From contig JBQLZK010000017.1 in the NCBI GenBank assembly GCA_052168235.1, positions 32,001 through 96,000 on the forward strand: a DNA stretch of 64,000 nt, written 5' to 3'. Both the position numbers and the translations under genes were made by a program. The notes under the pieces were generated by a model that saw nothing but the letters and a program-made list of their open reading frames with translations, did no database searches and was not told the DNA's origin. Below, piece after piece: positions 31,269-40,534 of this stretch (position 1 is its first letter; the number at the start of each line of letters is the position of its first letter). Origin of the DNA: Thainema sp. (lineage in GTDB: Bacteria; Cyanobacteriota; Cyanobacteriia; Phormidesmidales; Phormidesmidaceae).

Positions 31269-32465
31269 TTAGGGTTGGCTGTAGCGGCTGGCTTCTTGGC
31301 CGTTGATGTAGACTGAGCGGATGGCGTTGGGTAGGGGATTTTGAGGGGTGAGCAAGAGAAAATCAGCGTCGTAGCCGGGGGCGATTTTGCCTTTGCCGCC
31401 GGATGAAGGATGACTGGTGCGATCGCAGATTTTAGCGGCTTGGGCGGGATATTCAGAGACGCATTTCCAGGCTTGTTCAAAGGGCATCAGTCCTTTTTCA
31501 GCCAGTAGGAAAGGAGCGTGGAAGAGAGAGGGGTAGTGATAGTCGGAGCAAAGGCAGTCAAGCACTTGCGCCTGGGCTGCTTCAGCGACGCTCATGTAGC
31601 CGACATGGGAACCGCCCCGCACAAGATTTGGTGCGCCCATAAGTACTGCGGCACCGTAAGCACGGGATTGTTCAGCCAGTGCAACTGAGGCAGGAAATTC
31701 TGCGATCGCAACGCCACGTTCTTGGCTCTTGGCAACATCGGCTTCGGTTTCATCATCATGGGAAGCGACCGGAATGCCGAGTTGATGACAGCGCTGAACT
31801 AAATCTTCAAACTGGGCTAAACCCTCTTCCTGGCGGGGATAGGCGGATTTGATTAGGGAACGGATATCGGCTTCAGTCATCTTCAGCCGCTGGCGTAATC
31901 CCTTGGTGTAGCGCTGTAGTGTCTCGTGATCGAGTGAGGGTGGCAGATGGTTGTTGAGCGAGAGCAGGGTGACTTTACGGGTTTCGAGCCAGTCGCACAA
32001 TTCGTCGTAATCCGCCGTATTAGCCTGTTCATGACGAATATGAACGCGGCTATCGACTCTTAAACCGCTGTCTGGTGCTGAAATGCGGCTAATCAGTTGA
32101 CGTGCCATTTCTCGGCTGCGTAAACCGGGTTCAAACGAGTCAGTAATAGAGTAGAAGAAGGTCGTAATCCCTGCTCCCAGCAAGGCTTGATCGTTCTCAA
32201 CTAGCGCCATATCTAGGGGTAAATTTACACCGGGACGTGGGCAGATCATCCGCTCAAAGGCATCACCGTGAATATCCACGATACCAGGTAGCAACTGCAA
32301 ACCCGTCACATCAACGCCGATGTAACCGCTGGGCTTCAGCGTTTGATCTACGGCTATAAATCTGCCGTCCTCAATGAGCACCGTTGCCGCTTCTAGCCAT
32401 CCGTCAGGAGTCAGCACGGTTGCGCCTTGGAGAGCGAGTTTGGTAGGGGATGTGGGTTGTTTCAT
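31269..32465 (-). CDS. Second PhnM-family amidohydrolase (ribose-phosphonate triphosphate diphosphatase-like)
   Basis: PGIVDIHGDAFE, ASHDD, AEFP, MGAPNLVRGGSH and LCSDY motifs. Confidence 0.85.
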   Translation of the reverse strand: MKQPTSPTKLALQGATVLTPDGWLEAATVLIEDGRFIAVDQTLKPSGYIGVDVTGLQLLPGIVDIHGDAFERMICPRPGVNLPLDMALVENDQALLGAGITTFFYSITDSFEPGLRSREMARQLISRISAPDSGLRVDSRVHIRHEQANTADYDELCDWLETRKVTLLSLNNHLPPSLDHETLQRYTKGLRQRLKMTEADIRSLIKSAYPRQEEGLAQFEDLVQRCHQLGIPVASHDDETEADVAKSQERGVAIAEFPASVALAEQSRAYGAAVLMGAPNLVRGGSHVGYMSVAEAAQAQVLDCLCSDYHYPSLFHAPFLLAEKGLMPFEQAWKCVSEYPAQAAKICDRTSHPSSGGKGKIAPGYDADFLLLTPQNPLPNAIRSVYINGQEASRYSQP

Positions 32466-32479
32466 GTCTTGTGATCCGT

Positions 32480-33616
32480 TTAAGCAATTCGTTGACCTTG
32501 GCGTCTAACGGAGGTGAGGCGGGGGACAGCGCCATCATGGTGGATGGTGATAAAATCGGCGTGTTTGCCAACTTCGAGGCTACCGCGATCGCAGTCGAGG
32601 CCGATGGCTTTAGCGGGGTTTAAGGTAAAGAGCTGCATCGCTTCGTGTAAGGGCTTTTGCTGCCGTTGGGCGATCAGGAACATGGCCTGCACTAAGCTTT
32701 GGGGAACGTAATCAGAAGAGATAATATCGACCAGATTATATTCAACTAGCTCCATCGCTGAAACGTTGCCAGAGTGAGACTTCCCAAGAATTAGGTTGGG
32801 TGCTCCCATCAGCACTTGTAGGCCGTGTGAATGCGCCTCCTTGGCGGCATCCAGCGTGGTGGGAAACTCTGCGATTTCGGCTCCGTCCTGTAGGGATTCC
32901 TGCACATGCTCCGGCGTGGCATCATCGTGACTCGCTAGGCAGATTTGATACTCCTGCGTTAAAGCGACGAGCTTGCGGCGGTTCTCGTCGGCATGGCGCT
33001 GCTGGGCTGCAATCCGCGCCTTGATAAAGCCGTCCATCTCATCGGCTCCTACGCCGTGCTTACCCTGATAATACTCTTTGTACTTGTCTACCTGGGCAAA
33101 CTGCCGCTGGCCAGGGGTGTGATCCATCAGCGAAATCAGCGACAGTAGCGGATGATCCGCATAGGTTGCTGCCACGTCATGCACTTGCTCATACCCCAGT
33201 TCACAGCGGAGATGTAGCCGATGATCAACCGCAAATCGGCCTTCCGCTTGTCCTTGATCAATCGTGTCGATCATGGGGCCAAACTGGGTCATCCGCATTG
33301 ACGTCGGCGTAATATCCCCAACTGCGATCGCATCACAGACTGTTGTAATGCCAGCCGCTGCCAAATCGCGATCGTGGTAAACCGCTGCGATGTCCATTGG
33401 CCAACGAACTTTGGGTCGAGGCGATAACCGCTGTTCAAAGTTGTCGGTATGCAACTCAACTAAGCCTGGTAACAAATAATCTCCCTCGCCATTTTGCCCT
33501 TGGGAAACAGCACCGGGCTGGATATCTGCAATCCTGCCGTCTTGTACAACTAGCGTACCGAGAACCTCTTCATGCGGTAGCTGTAAGCGATAGTTCGTAT
33601 AGATGGTTTCGGTCAT
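32480..33616 (-). CDS. phnM: Alpha-D-ribose 1-methylphosphonate 5-triphosphate diphosphatase
   Basis: PGLVELHTDN, HLRCE, SLMDHTPGQRQF, ASHDD and SSDYVP motifs. Confidence 0.95.
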   Translation of the reverse strand: MTETIYTNYRLQLPHEEVLGTLVVQDGRIADIQPGAVSQGQNGEGDYLLPGLVELHTDNFEQRLSPRPKVRWPMDIAAVYHDRDLAAAGITTVCDAIAVGDITPTSMRMTQFGPMIDTIDQGQAEGRFAVDHRLHLRCELGYEQVHDVAATYADHPLLSLISLMDHTPGQRQFAQVDKYKEYYQGKHGVGADEMDGFIKARIAAQQRHADENRRKLVALTQEYQICLASHDDATPEHVQESLQDGAEIAEFPTTLDAAKEAHSHGLQVLMGAPNLILGKSHSGNVSAMELVEYNLVDIISSDYVPQSLVQAMFLIAQRQQKPLHEAMQLFTLNPAKAIGLDCDRGSLEVGKHADFITIHHDGAVPRLTSVRRQGQRIA

Positions 33617-33650
33617 GATTAGGGAAGATTAGCTCTAGTAGTTCACTATT

Positions 33651-34382
33651 TCATCTAAAGGTTAAGACCCGGTTACAGACTCGATTTCTTACTTCGTCGT
33701 CGTGAAAAATGCCAACCATTGCGCAGCCTTGAGCTTTGCGTTGTTCAATGAGCTGCATCACAACTTCCCGATTTGCGGCATCTAAGGCAGAAGTGGGTTC
33801 ATCCAAAAGCAAAATTGGATAATTAACCGAAAAGGCACGGGCGATGTTAACCCGCTGCTTTTCGCCGCCTGAAAATGTTGTGGGTGATAAATGCCATAGC
33901 CGTTCTGGCAGATTTAACTGGGCAAATAAGCCGCGAATTTTGTCATAAGCAATATCCGGTTCAAACCCTAAATCCATCAGCGGCTCGGCAGCAACTTCTA
34001 ATGCAGGGACACGCGGAATGACTCGCAGAAATTGACTGACGTAGCCAATCGTATGTTGCCGGACTTCCAGTAGCTGGTGCGGCTGGAGCTGAGGCAAATC
34101 AACCCATTCACCTTGGTGTTTAACCCAAATGGAGCCACTATCGACGCGGTAATTGGCATACAGCGATCGCATAAAGGTCGATTTACCCGATCCAGATGGC
34201 CCTTGCAGTGCGACACATTCTCCCGCCTGAATAGTCAAGGAAACGCCTTCTAGAACAGGGATACGGACACCACCTTGATTATGCAAAACAAAACTCTTAC
34301 AAACATGCTCTGCGTTGAGTATGGCCTGAGTTGATGGCTGAGTTGGGGTGTGCGAATTATTCGATAAGGTTGAATGGGTCAT
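33651..34382 (-). CDS. phnL: C-P lyase system ATPase PhnL
   Basis: KSFVLHNQGG, GPSGSGKS, YVSQFLRVIPRV and PTTFSGGEKQRVNIAR motifs. Confidence 0.95.
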   Translation of the reverse strand: MTHSTLSNNSHTPTQPSTQAILNAEHVCKSFVLHNQGGVRIPVLEGVSLTIQAGECVALQGPSGSGKSTFMRSLYANYRVDSGSIWVKHQGEWVDLPQLQPHQLLEVRQHTIGYVSQFLRVIPRVPALEVAAEPLMDLGFEPDIAYDKIRGLFAQLNLPERLWHLSPTTFSGGEKQRVNIARAFSVNYPILLLDEPTSALDAANREVVMQLIEQRKAQGCAMVGIFHDDEVRNRVCNRVLTFR

Positions 34383-34493
34383 GGTTCATTGTTTATGTCG
34401 TTGTTTATGACGTTGTTTATGATGTTGATGGGTCAAGATAGGTGCGATCGCACTTTCGCTTTTACTTTCACTGCACTCTCGTTCACTTTTCAC

Positions 34494-35279
34494 TTATGGC
34501 ACCAGCGTGGCGCTGACTAGCTGCTGCGTGTAGGGATGATGAGGGTCATCTAGCACCTGATCGGTTAAACCCGCTTCAACAACCTGGCCGTTTTGCATCA
34601 CCATCAGCCGATGGGCTAAAAGCCTCACTACGCCGATATCGTGGGTGACGAGGATAACGCTGAGATGGAGAGTCCGCACTAGCGATCGCATTAAGTCCAG
34701 CAGCCTAGCCTGCACCGATACGTCTAGTCCTCCTGTTGGTTCGTCCATCAGCACTAAACTGGGTCGAGTCACCAAGATGCGAGCAAGCTGTAATCGCTGC
34801 TGCATCCCACCGGAAAAAGTGCTAGGCAGGTCATCCATGCGAGCATCGGGAATTTCGACCTGGCTCAGCCACTGCATTGCCTCAGCGCGAATGTTGCCGT
34901 AGTGGCGCTCTCCGACATCGAGCAACCGCTCACCAATGTTGGCTCCAGCGGTGACGGTCATTCGCAAGCCATCACGAGGATTTTGCTGCACAAAGCCCCA
35001 CTCGGTTTTCATTAACTTGCGGCGACGCGCTTCTGGCAAAGTCCGCAGATTGATCAGATGTCCGCTGCGATCGCAATAGGTGATTTCGCCTGCATCAATC
35101 GGAATTTGACCTGCGATCGCATTTAATAACGTACTTTTGCCGGAACCAGATTCGCCGATAATGCCCAGTACTTGGCCAGGATACAGATCGAAGGAAATGC
35201 GATCGCAAGCTTGGACAGCGTTATAGGTTTTACTGAGGTCGTTAATGGTCAATAGGGGCTGCATGATACTTTTTCTCAC
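34494..35279 (-). CDS. phnK: C-P lyase system ATPase PhnK
   Basis: GESGSGKS, EWGFVQQNPRDGL and DEPTGGLDVSVQARLLD motifs; GTGA overlap with the phnJ stop. Confidence 0.95.
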   Translation of the reverse strand: MRKSIMQPLLTINDLSKTYNAVQACDRISFDLYPGQVLGIIGESGSGKSTLLNAIAGQIPIDAGEITYCDRSGHLINLRTLPEARRRKLMKTEWGFVQQNPRDGLRMTVTAGANIGERLLDVGERHYGNIRAEAMQWLSQVEIPDARMDDLPSTFSGGMQQRLQLARILVTRPSLVLMDEPTGGLDVSVQARLLDLMRSLVRTLHLSVILVTHDIGVVRLLAHRLMVMQNGQVVEAGLTDQVLDDPHHPYTQQLVSATLVP

Positions 35280-36172
35280 TCTAATTTGCGGGAAACGAAC
35301 TGATTTTCCTGCTGCTGCTGATTGCAGTAGTCGGTGTCAGAGCAGATCCACATGCGATTGCCCTGATCATCTGTTACAACTTCATCGAGATAGGTATCAG
35401 TCGCTCCACAAAACTCGCAGGGCTGATCCCAGGCTTCAATACTGAAGGGATGGTCTTCAAAGTCGAGGCTCTTGACCTTGGTGTAGGGAGGCAGGGCGTA
35501 AATCCGTTTTTCGCGACCTGCACCAAATAGCTGTAGCGCAGGGCTCATGTGCAGCTTGGGATTGTCGAACCGGGGAATGGGGCTAGGCTTCATCAAGTAG
35601 CGATCGTTGACCATGACCGGATAGTCATAGGCCATCGCAATGTGACCAAAGCGGGTAATGTCCTCATACAGCCGCACATACATAGATCCATATTCTTCCA
35701 AGGCGTGCATTTTATTGGCTTCGGTGCGCGAGGGTTCAATAAAATACAGTGGCTCTGGCATGGGGACTTGATAGACCATGATTTGTCCCTCCTGGAGCGG
35801 CGTTTCAGGAATGCGGTGGCGGGTTTGAATTAGCGTTGCTTCGTTGGTTCGCTCAGTTGTCTTTACGCCGCAAACTTTGCGGAAGAAACGGCGAATATTG
35901 ACAGCGTTGGTCGTATCGTCAGCGCCTTGATCAATCACCTTCAAGGTATCGGTTTGGCCGATTACCGAGGCTGTTACCTGGATGCCACCTGTGCCCCAGC
36001 CATAGGACATGGGCATTTCGCGAGAGCTAAAGGGGATTTGATGACCGGGGATGGCAACAGCTTTGAGGATGGCGCGGCGGATAGAGCGTTTAGTTTGCTC
36101 ATCGAGGTAGGCGAAGTTGAAGCCAGGTTCAGGGGGAGATGGGGAGATAGGGGGATGGGAGGATAGGGTCAT
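35276..36172 (-). CDS. phnJ: Alpha-D-ribose 1-methylphosphonate 5-phosphate C-P lyase (radical SAM)
   Basis: NFAYLDEQTKR, YGWGTGG, IQTRHRIPE and C-x2-C...CSDTDYC motifs; start at ATG 36172 avoids overlap with the upstream gene. Confidence 0.96.
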   Translation of the reverse strand: MTLSSHPPISPSPPEPGFNFAYLDEQTKRSIRRAILKAVAIPGHQIPFSSREMPMSYGWGTGGIQVTASVIGQTDTLKVIDQGADDTTNAVNIRRFFRKVCGVKTTERTNEATLIQTRHRIPETPLQEGQIMVYQVPMPEPLYFIEPSRTEANKMHALEEYGSMYVRLYEDITRFGHIAMAYDYPVMVNDRYLMKPSPIPRFDNPKLHMSPALQLFGAGREKRIYALPPYTKVKSLDFEDHPFSIEAWDQPCEFCGATDTYLDEVVTDDQGNRMWICSDTDYCNQQQQENQFVSRKLE

Positions 36173-36191
36173 AGGTTTATTGGGTGGTTGC

Positions 36192-36677
36192 TTAGTTGTG
36201 TTGGGGGAGGGTTTGGAGCTTGGTAAGGAGGTGATCGCAGGCGGTTTCGATTTGGTGGGCGCAGTGGCGATAGCTGTCGAGGTTGCTACCGTAGGGGTCT
36301 TCAATGTCGGGCTGGGCAGTGTTGCCAGCATATTCATTGAGGGTTGCGAGTTCGACTGAGAGTTGTGGAAGTTGCGATCGCAACAGTAATTTTTGAGCAC
36401 GAGTCATGGTCAGAATCAAATCAGCCCAGTCTAATAACTGCCAATCGAGCCGCTGAGATGCGTGCGTGCTGTCGATTCCACGCTCTTGCAGGATGGTTTC
36501 CATCGCAAATGACATGGGTTGTCCTGGATAGGCCGAGGTTCCGGCGGATTTAACCTGAATATCGGGGCTTGATGTGGATGCTGGGGAGGTGACCAAACAA
36601 GAGACTTTGTGGCGCAGCAAGGCTTCTGCAAGCGGGCTGCGACAGATATTGCCGGAGCAGACAAAAAGAATGTTCAT
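36192..36677 (-). CDS. Low-molecular-weight protein phosphatase (CX5R) family
   Basis: ILFVCSGNICRSPLAE P-loop, SAGT and DIEDPYG; ATGA overlap with the phnI stop. Confidence 0.9.
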   Translation of the reverse strand: MNILFVCSGNICRSPLAEALLRHKVSCLVTSPASTSSPDIQVKSAGTSAYPGQPMSFAMETILQERGIDSTHASQRLDWQLLDWADLILTMTRAQKLLLRSQLPQLSVELATLNEYAGNTAQPDIEDPYGSNLDSYRHCAHQIETACDHLLTKLQTLPQHN

Positions 36678-37894
36678 GATGACACCTCGGATGGAGTTGG
36701 GGGAGATGATATTTCAAGCAAGCTGGATTCGCCGTTTTCCTGATTGGTTTGAGGCTGTTTGTACTGACGGCGTAATTTTCGGATTAGGTTAAGCTCGGCT
36801 TGGAAATCAATATAGTGTGGCAGTTTCAGGTGTTGAACAAAGCCTTGTGCTTCGATGTTGTCGGAATGGAACAGGACAAATTCTTCACTTTGGGCTGGCC
36901 CGTCGATGGATTCGCCTAAATCTTTGGCTTGCAGTGCCCGATCAACCAGCGCCATTGCCATCGCTTTGCGCTCGTTGTAGCCAAACGTTAGACCGTAGCC
37001 CTGGGTGAACTGGGGCGGAATCTGCTTGCTGCCTTTGAACTGGTTGACCATCTGCACTTCAGTGACCGTAATATCTGCGATCGCAACTTCAAATCCTAGT
37101 TCTTCGGGACAGATCACGACTTCTACATCGCCAACGCGAATTTCGCCCGCAAAGGGATGATTTTTGCCGTAGCCGCGCTGGGTGGAGTAGGCCATTGAGA
37201 GCAGAAAGCCTTCATCGGCGCGGGCAAGGTTTTGTAAGCGAGCGTCGCGGCTGGTGGGGGTGGTGAGGGATTGGCGGGTGAGGTCGAAGGGATTTTCAGG
37301 TGAGGAGTGAGGAGTGAGGAGTGAGGAGTGAGGGGGGGAGAGGGGGAGAGGACTTGTTTCGTTGCTACCTGCGGGAGTATTTGCTGCGTTGATTAAACCT
37401 TCTTGGGCTAAGGTGTTGAGGACGCGAGGGGTAGCTTCAGTTGGATCGGCTGGTTTTGTGGATGGAGATGTGAACTGGTTAGTTTCGGCGGCGAGTTTGA
37501 AGTCGAGTAGCCGATGGATGTAATCGAAGGTGGCACCGAGCTTTTGACCGCCGGGGGTGTCTTTGAAGATGGCGGAGATGCGGCGCTGGAGGTGCATGTG
37601 GTTAGTTTCAATTGGCTCGCTGTAGTAGAGCCGGGGCAGGGTCGTCCGATAAGCGCGCAGGAGGAAAGCTGCCTCAACTAAGTCACCCCAAGATTGTTTG
37701 ATAGCTAAGGCAGCCAAATCTGGATCATACAAGCTGCCCTCGGCCATCACCCGATTGACCGCGAGCTGCATCTGCTGCTGGATTTGCTCTAGGGACAGCT
37801 CTGGCACTGCCGGATCACCGCGCCGTTTAGCTTTGAGTAAGGCTTCGGCGTTTTGGATGGCCTGTTCACCACCTTTAACTGCAACGTAGGGCAT
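36674..37894 (-). CDS. phnI: C-P lyase complex subunit PhnI
   Basis: YVAVKGGE, RRISAIFKD.PGGQ, YSTQRGYG.NHPF and GFVQHLKLPHY motifs. Confidence 0.96.
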   Translation of the reverse strand: MPYVAVKGGEQAIQNAEALLKAKRRGDPAVPELSLEQIQQQMQLAVNRVMAEGSLYDPDLAALAIKQSWGDLVEAAFLLRAYRTTLPRLYYSEPIETNHMHLQRRISAIFKDTPGGQKLGATFDYIHRLLDFKLAAETNQFTSPSTKPADPTEATPRVLNTLAQEGLINAANTPAGSNETSPLPLSPPHSSLLTPHSSPENPFDLTRQSLTTPTSRDARLQNLARADEGFLLSMAYSTQRGYGKNHPFAGEIRVGDVEVVICPEELGFEVAIADITVTEVQMVNQFKGSKQIPPQFTQGYGLTFGYNERKAMAMALVDRALQAKDLGESIDGPAQSEEFVLFHSDNIEAQGFVQHLKLPHYIDFQAELNLIRKLRRQYKQPQTNQENGESSLLEISSPPTPSEVSS

Positions 37895-37995
37895 GGGATT
37901 CTCTGGAACTCAACGGGTAACTCGACGGATGGCTCGGTCTATGGCTCGGTCTATGGTTAATCGGTTTGTTGATCGGTCAACTTTATAGAGCAACT

Positions 37996-38439
37996 TCATA
38001 GATCAACGGAAAAACTGTAGCCATGCTTCTGAAAGCCCAGGGACTCATAAAATGCATGGGCCTTCTCGCGCTTAAGATTGGTGGACAAGCTGAGCTTATA
38101 GCAACCTGCCGCCCGACAATGTGCGATCGCACATTGCATCATGTGCTTGCCGATTCCCTGACCTTGAAACTGTGGATCAACGGCAACGCCTTCCACAATG
38201 CCCGAGGGACTGCGCTGGTGAACCAAATTGTCCATAATGAGCAACGTAAATGTGCCGACGGCCTGATCGTCTAGCTGTGCAACCCATAGCTTATAGTTGG
38301 GATACTGCTGAATCCGCTGGAACCACTGTTCAGCATCAGCTAGCGCCAAGCTAGAGTCATGATCCAAACCGGATTGGTGATACAGCCGCAGCACTGTAGG
38401 CAAATCATCAACGGTGGCTAAGCGAATAACTAGATTCAC
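37996..38439 (-). CDS. GNAT N-acetyltransferase (PhnO-like)
   Basis: VAVDPQFQGQGIGK and GCYKLSLSTN..RE.AHAFYESLGF; coupled to phnH. Confidence 0.85.
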   Translation of the reverse strand: MNLVIRLATVDDLPTVLRLYHQSGLDHDSSLALADAEQWFQRIQQYPNYKLWVAQLDDQAVGTFTLLIMDNLVHQRSPSGIVEGVAVDPQFQGQGIGKHMMQCAIAHCRAAGCYKLSLSTNLKREKAHAFYESLGFQKHGYSFSVDL

Positions 38440-39032
38440 AGCTCATCCCCCTGATTGCTCATCAGACGGGCAGTACGCGGCAAGCCTAGCACCTGATTCT
38501 CAGCAAAGTACCAGCTATCTAGTCCCAGCGGATAGTCTGCGGTCATTTCCTGCCACTGCTGCCAAAAACTGGCTGACAAAGGCGTGTGAATCGTGATGGC
38601 ATCCAAAATTCCTGGCCCTTGCAACGTGACTAAATTTCCAGTCTGTAAAGCTGGAAGCTGGATCAGCAGAGACGTAGATGCTTCTGGATATTCCGCTGTA
38701 CCCCAGCTAAAATCTTCTAGGTTGGGCAGCGTGTCAATATCCCAAATCACAGCAAAATCGGCTGTTTGAGAGTGAGATGTAAAGCGGCAGCCCGTATGGA
38801 ACAGCAGCCACGATCGCGCAGTCTCGGGTAGTCCGGGCTGAAGCCACACCGTCGTTTCTAGATCCAGCAGGGTCAGGCAAGCCGCCGCGCAGCTTGGGAC
38901 TAATCCCTCTGGCGGGGTCAGTGACGCTGTTGTTTGCACCATTCCAGGACGTGCCAAGGCATCTAGCAGCGCCCGAAAGGTTTGCTGGGCATCGTGGACG
39001 GGGTCTTTGAAGCTGGGGAGTTGAGTCAGCAT
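38436..39032 (-). CDS. phnH: C-P lyase subunit PhnH
   Basis: DPVHDAQQTFRALLDALARPG, LLFHTG, GTAEYPEAST and GLPRT motifs. Confidence 0.95.
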   Translation of the reverse strand: MLTQLPSFKDPVHDAQQTFRALLDALARPGMVQTTASLTPPEGLVPSCAAACLTLLDLETTVWLQPGLPETARSWLLFHTGCRFTSHSQTADFAVIWDIDTLPNLEDFSWGTAEYPEASTSLLIQLPALQTGNLVTLQGPGILDAITIHTPLSASFWQQWQEMTADYPLGLDSWYFAENQVLGLPRTARLMSNQGDEL

Positions 39033-39038
39033 GGTTAA

Positions 39039-39509
39039 TTAGCTTTCTCCGCGTAGCAGCGTAAAGAAGTTGACGCGGGTTGATTCGACTTCTGCGGCTT
39101 CTGCGGCTCGTTGTTCTTGAGCCGCAACCTGCAATGGTTCAATCACCTGCATCTGTACTGTTGGTTGCCAGTCCGGATGCTGGAGTAGCGCATCACAGAC
39201 CGCGGCCAGTTCGGCATGGCGCTGTGATCGCCCTGCGACGTAGCCGAAACCTGCAATTGGCTCGTCGTCAGGATTAGGAAATACCTGTACGACGCAGCGG
39301 GTGACGGTCATTTCGCCTAAGTTGAAGGGCTGACCTGTCCCTTCGGCGCGCCCGCGTACCATTGCTAGACCAATTTCGGGCGATCGCAAAAAGTCATGTT
39401 TCGGCAGAGTTCCCAACGTAACGACGCGATCCTCTAGGAGCGAAAGTGGCGCTTTGGCCAGGGTTGCCATCCAGTTTGAGCGTGATTGTGTCTGTGCTGA
39501 GTCCACCAT
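39039..39509 (-). CDS. phnG: C-P lyase subunit PhnG
   Basis: PEIGLAMVRGR..G.PFNLGEMTVTRC and TRVNFFTLLRGE motifs. Confidence 0.95.
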   Translation of the reverse strand: MVDSAQTQSRSNWMATLAKAPLSLLEDRVVTLGTLPKHDFLRSPEIGLAMVRGRAEGTGQPFNLGEMTVTRCVVQVFPNPDDEPIAGFGYVAGRSQRHAELAAVCDALLQHPDWQPTVQMQVIEPLQVAAQEQRAAEAAEVESTRVNFFTLLRGES

Positions 39510-39511
39510 TA

Positions 39512-39540
39512 CTTAACCCAGGATTAACTACAGCTTAAAT
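39512..39540 (+). promoter_or_regulatory. Candidate Pho box (SphR site)
   Basis: CTTAACC (39512), ATTAACT (39523) and CTTAAAT (39534) at an 11-bp period, matching the cyanobacterial PyTTAAPyPy repeat. Confidence 0.65.
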
Positions 39541-39541
39541 A

Positions 39542-39558
39542 TGTATAGACATCTAGAC
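39542..39558. promoter_or_regulatory. Candidate PhnF operator 1
   Basis: TGTATAGACATCTAGAC, 15/17 identical to the site upstream of phnC; HutC-type GT-N-TA-N-AC core. Confidence 0.7.
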
Positions 39559-39604
39559 AAATTATGGGGCATGATTAAATAGAACGCAATGCCTTAATTT
39601 GAAA

Positions 39605-40324
39605 ATGCACCAAGAAGCCCTGCCTCTGTATCTCCAAATTGCGGATGAACTGCGTCGCAATATTCAAGAATCTGTATTTCAAGTGGGCGATCGCCTGCCG
39701 ACGGAAATTGAGCTAAGCGAGCGGTTCGGCGTCAATCGCCACACGCTGCGGCGAGCCGTGGAGGTGTTGCGCCAAGAGGGAATCATTGGCGTTGAGCGGG
39801 GTCGAGGCACATTCGTCATGGCCGACCCGATTGCAGTGCCGATTGGCAAGCGAGTGCGGTTTAATCAGGCGCTGAAAGCGCAGTCGCTGACGCCAACCTG
39901 GCAGGTGCTACGAATTGTGGAAATTAATGCGGATGCCAAGCTGTCAAAACGGCTAGAGGTTGAGGTGGGCGCACCCGTCGTTTTATTTGAGCGGTTGAGT
40001 TCAATTGATGACATCCCAATCAGCATTTCTAGCAGCCATTTCCCCAGTCAGCGATTTCCAGGATTGGCCAAGCATTGTGAAACCTATCGCTCCATCTCCA
40101 GCATGTTGGATAACGAATATGGCTGCGACCATATTCGCCGCCGCACTCGGCTCTCGGCGCGGCTGGCCCAATCGAGCGATGCGCGGCTGCTCAAAATGCC
40201 AGCTAATGGCCCCATTTTGCTGTCAGAGTCGATTAACGTCGATCAGGGCGGTGTGGTGATTGAATACGGCGTCACCCGCTTTCGGGGCGATCGCATGGAG
40301 CTAGTCATGGAAAACGAGGCTTAG
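39605..40324 (+). CDS. phnF: GntR/HutC-family phosphonate regulator
   Basis: LPTE.ELSERFGVNRHTLRRA..L..EG...RGRGTFV HTH plus UTRA domain; divergent from phnG. Confidence 0.93.
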   Translation: MHQEALPLYLQIADELRRNIQESVFQVGDRLPTEIELSERFGVNRHTLRRAVEVLRQEGIIGVERGRGTFVMADPIAVPIGKRVRFNQALKAQSLTPTWQVLRIVEINADAKLSKRLEVEVGAPVVLFERLSSIDDIPISISSSHFPSQRFPGLAKHCETYRSISSMLDNEYGCDHIRRRTRLSARLAQSSDARLLKMPANGPILLSESINVDQGGVVIEYGVTRFRGDRMELVMENEA

Positions 40325-40534
40325 AGGCATCTATTGTAATTTTTCAGGTGGAGAATCAACGATCGTTTATTAGGACGAGTTAAATCGTGGCTGCGAAATT
40401 TTGCTTCAGCAAACGGGAATACTGAGACTGTTTGAAAGAGTAAACGTGCTTTAATGCCTGCATTCAAATCATCATGCAAGTATCACGATGGTTTAGTTAT
40501 CTATAAACAACCTAAATCAACCCGATGACTCACT

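Noticed and set aside
36173..36400. N-terminal extension of PhnJ (374-aa ORF)
   Set aside because: Overlaps the LMW phosphatase gene in another frame; ATG 36172 gives a normal-length PhnJ
36192..36677. Arsenate reductase ArsC call
   Set aside because: Lacks the resolving cysteine pair at the expected position and there are no ars genes nearby
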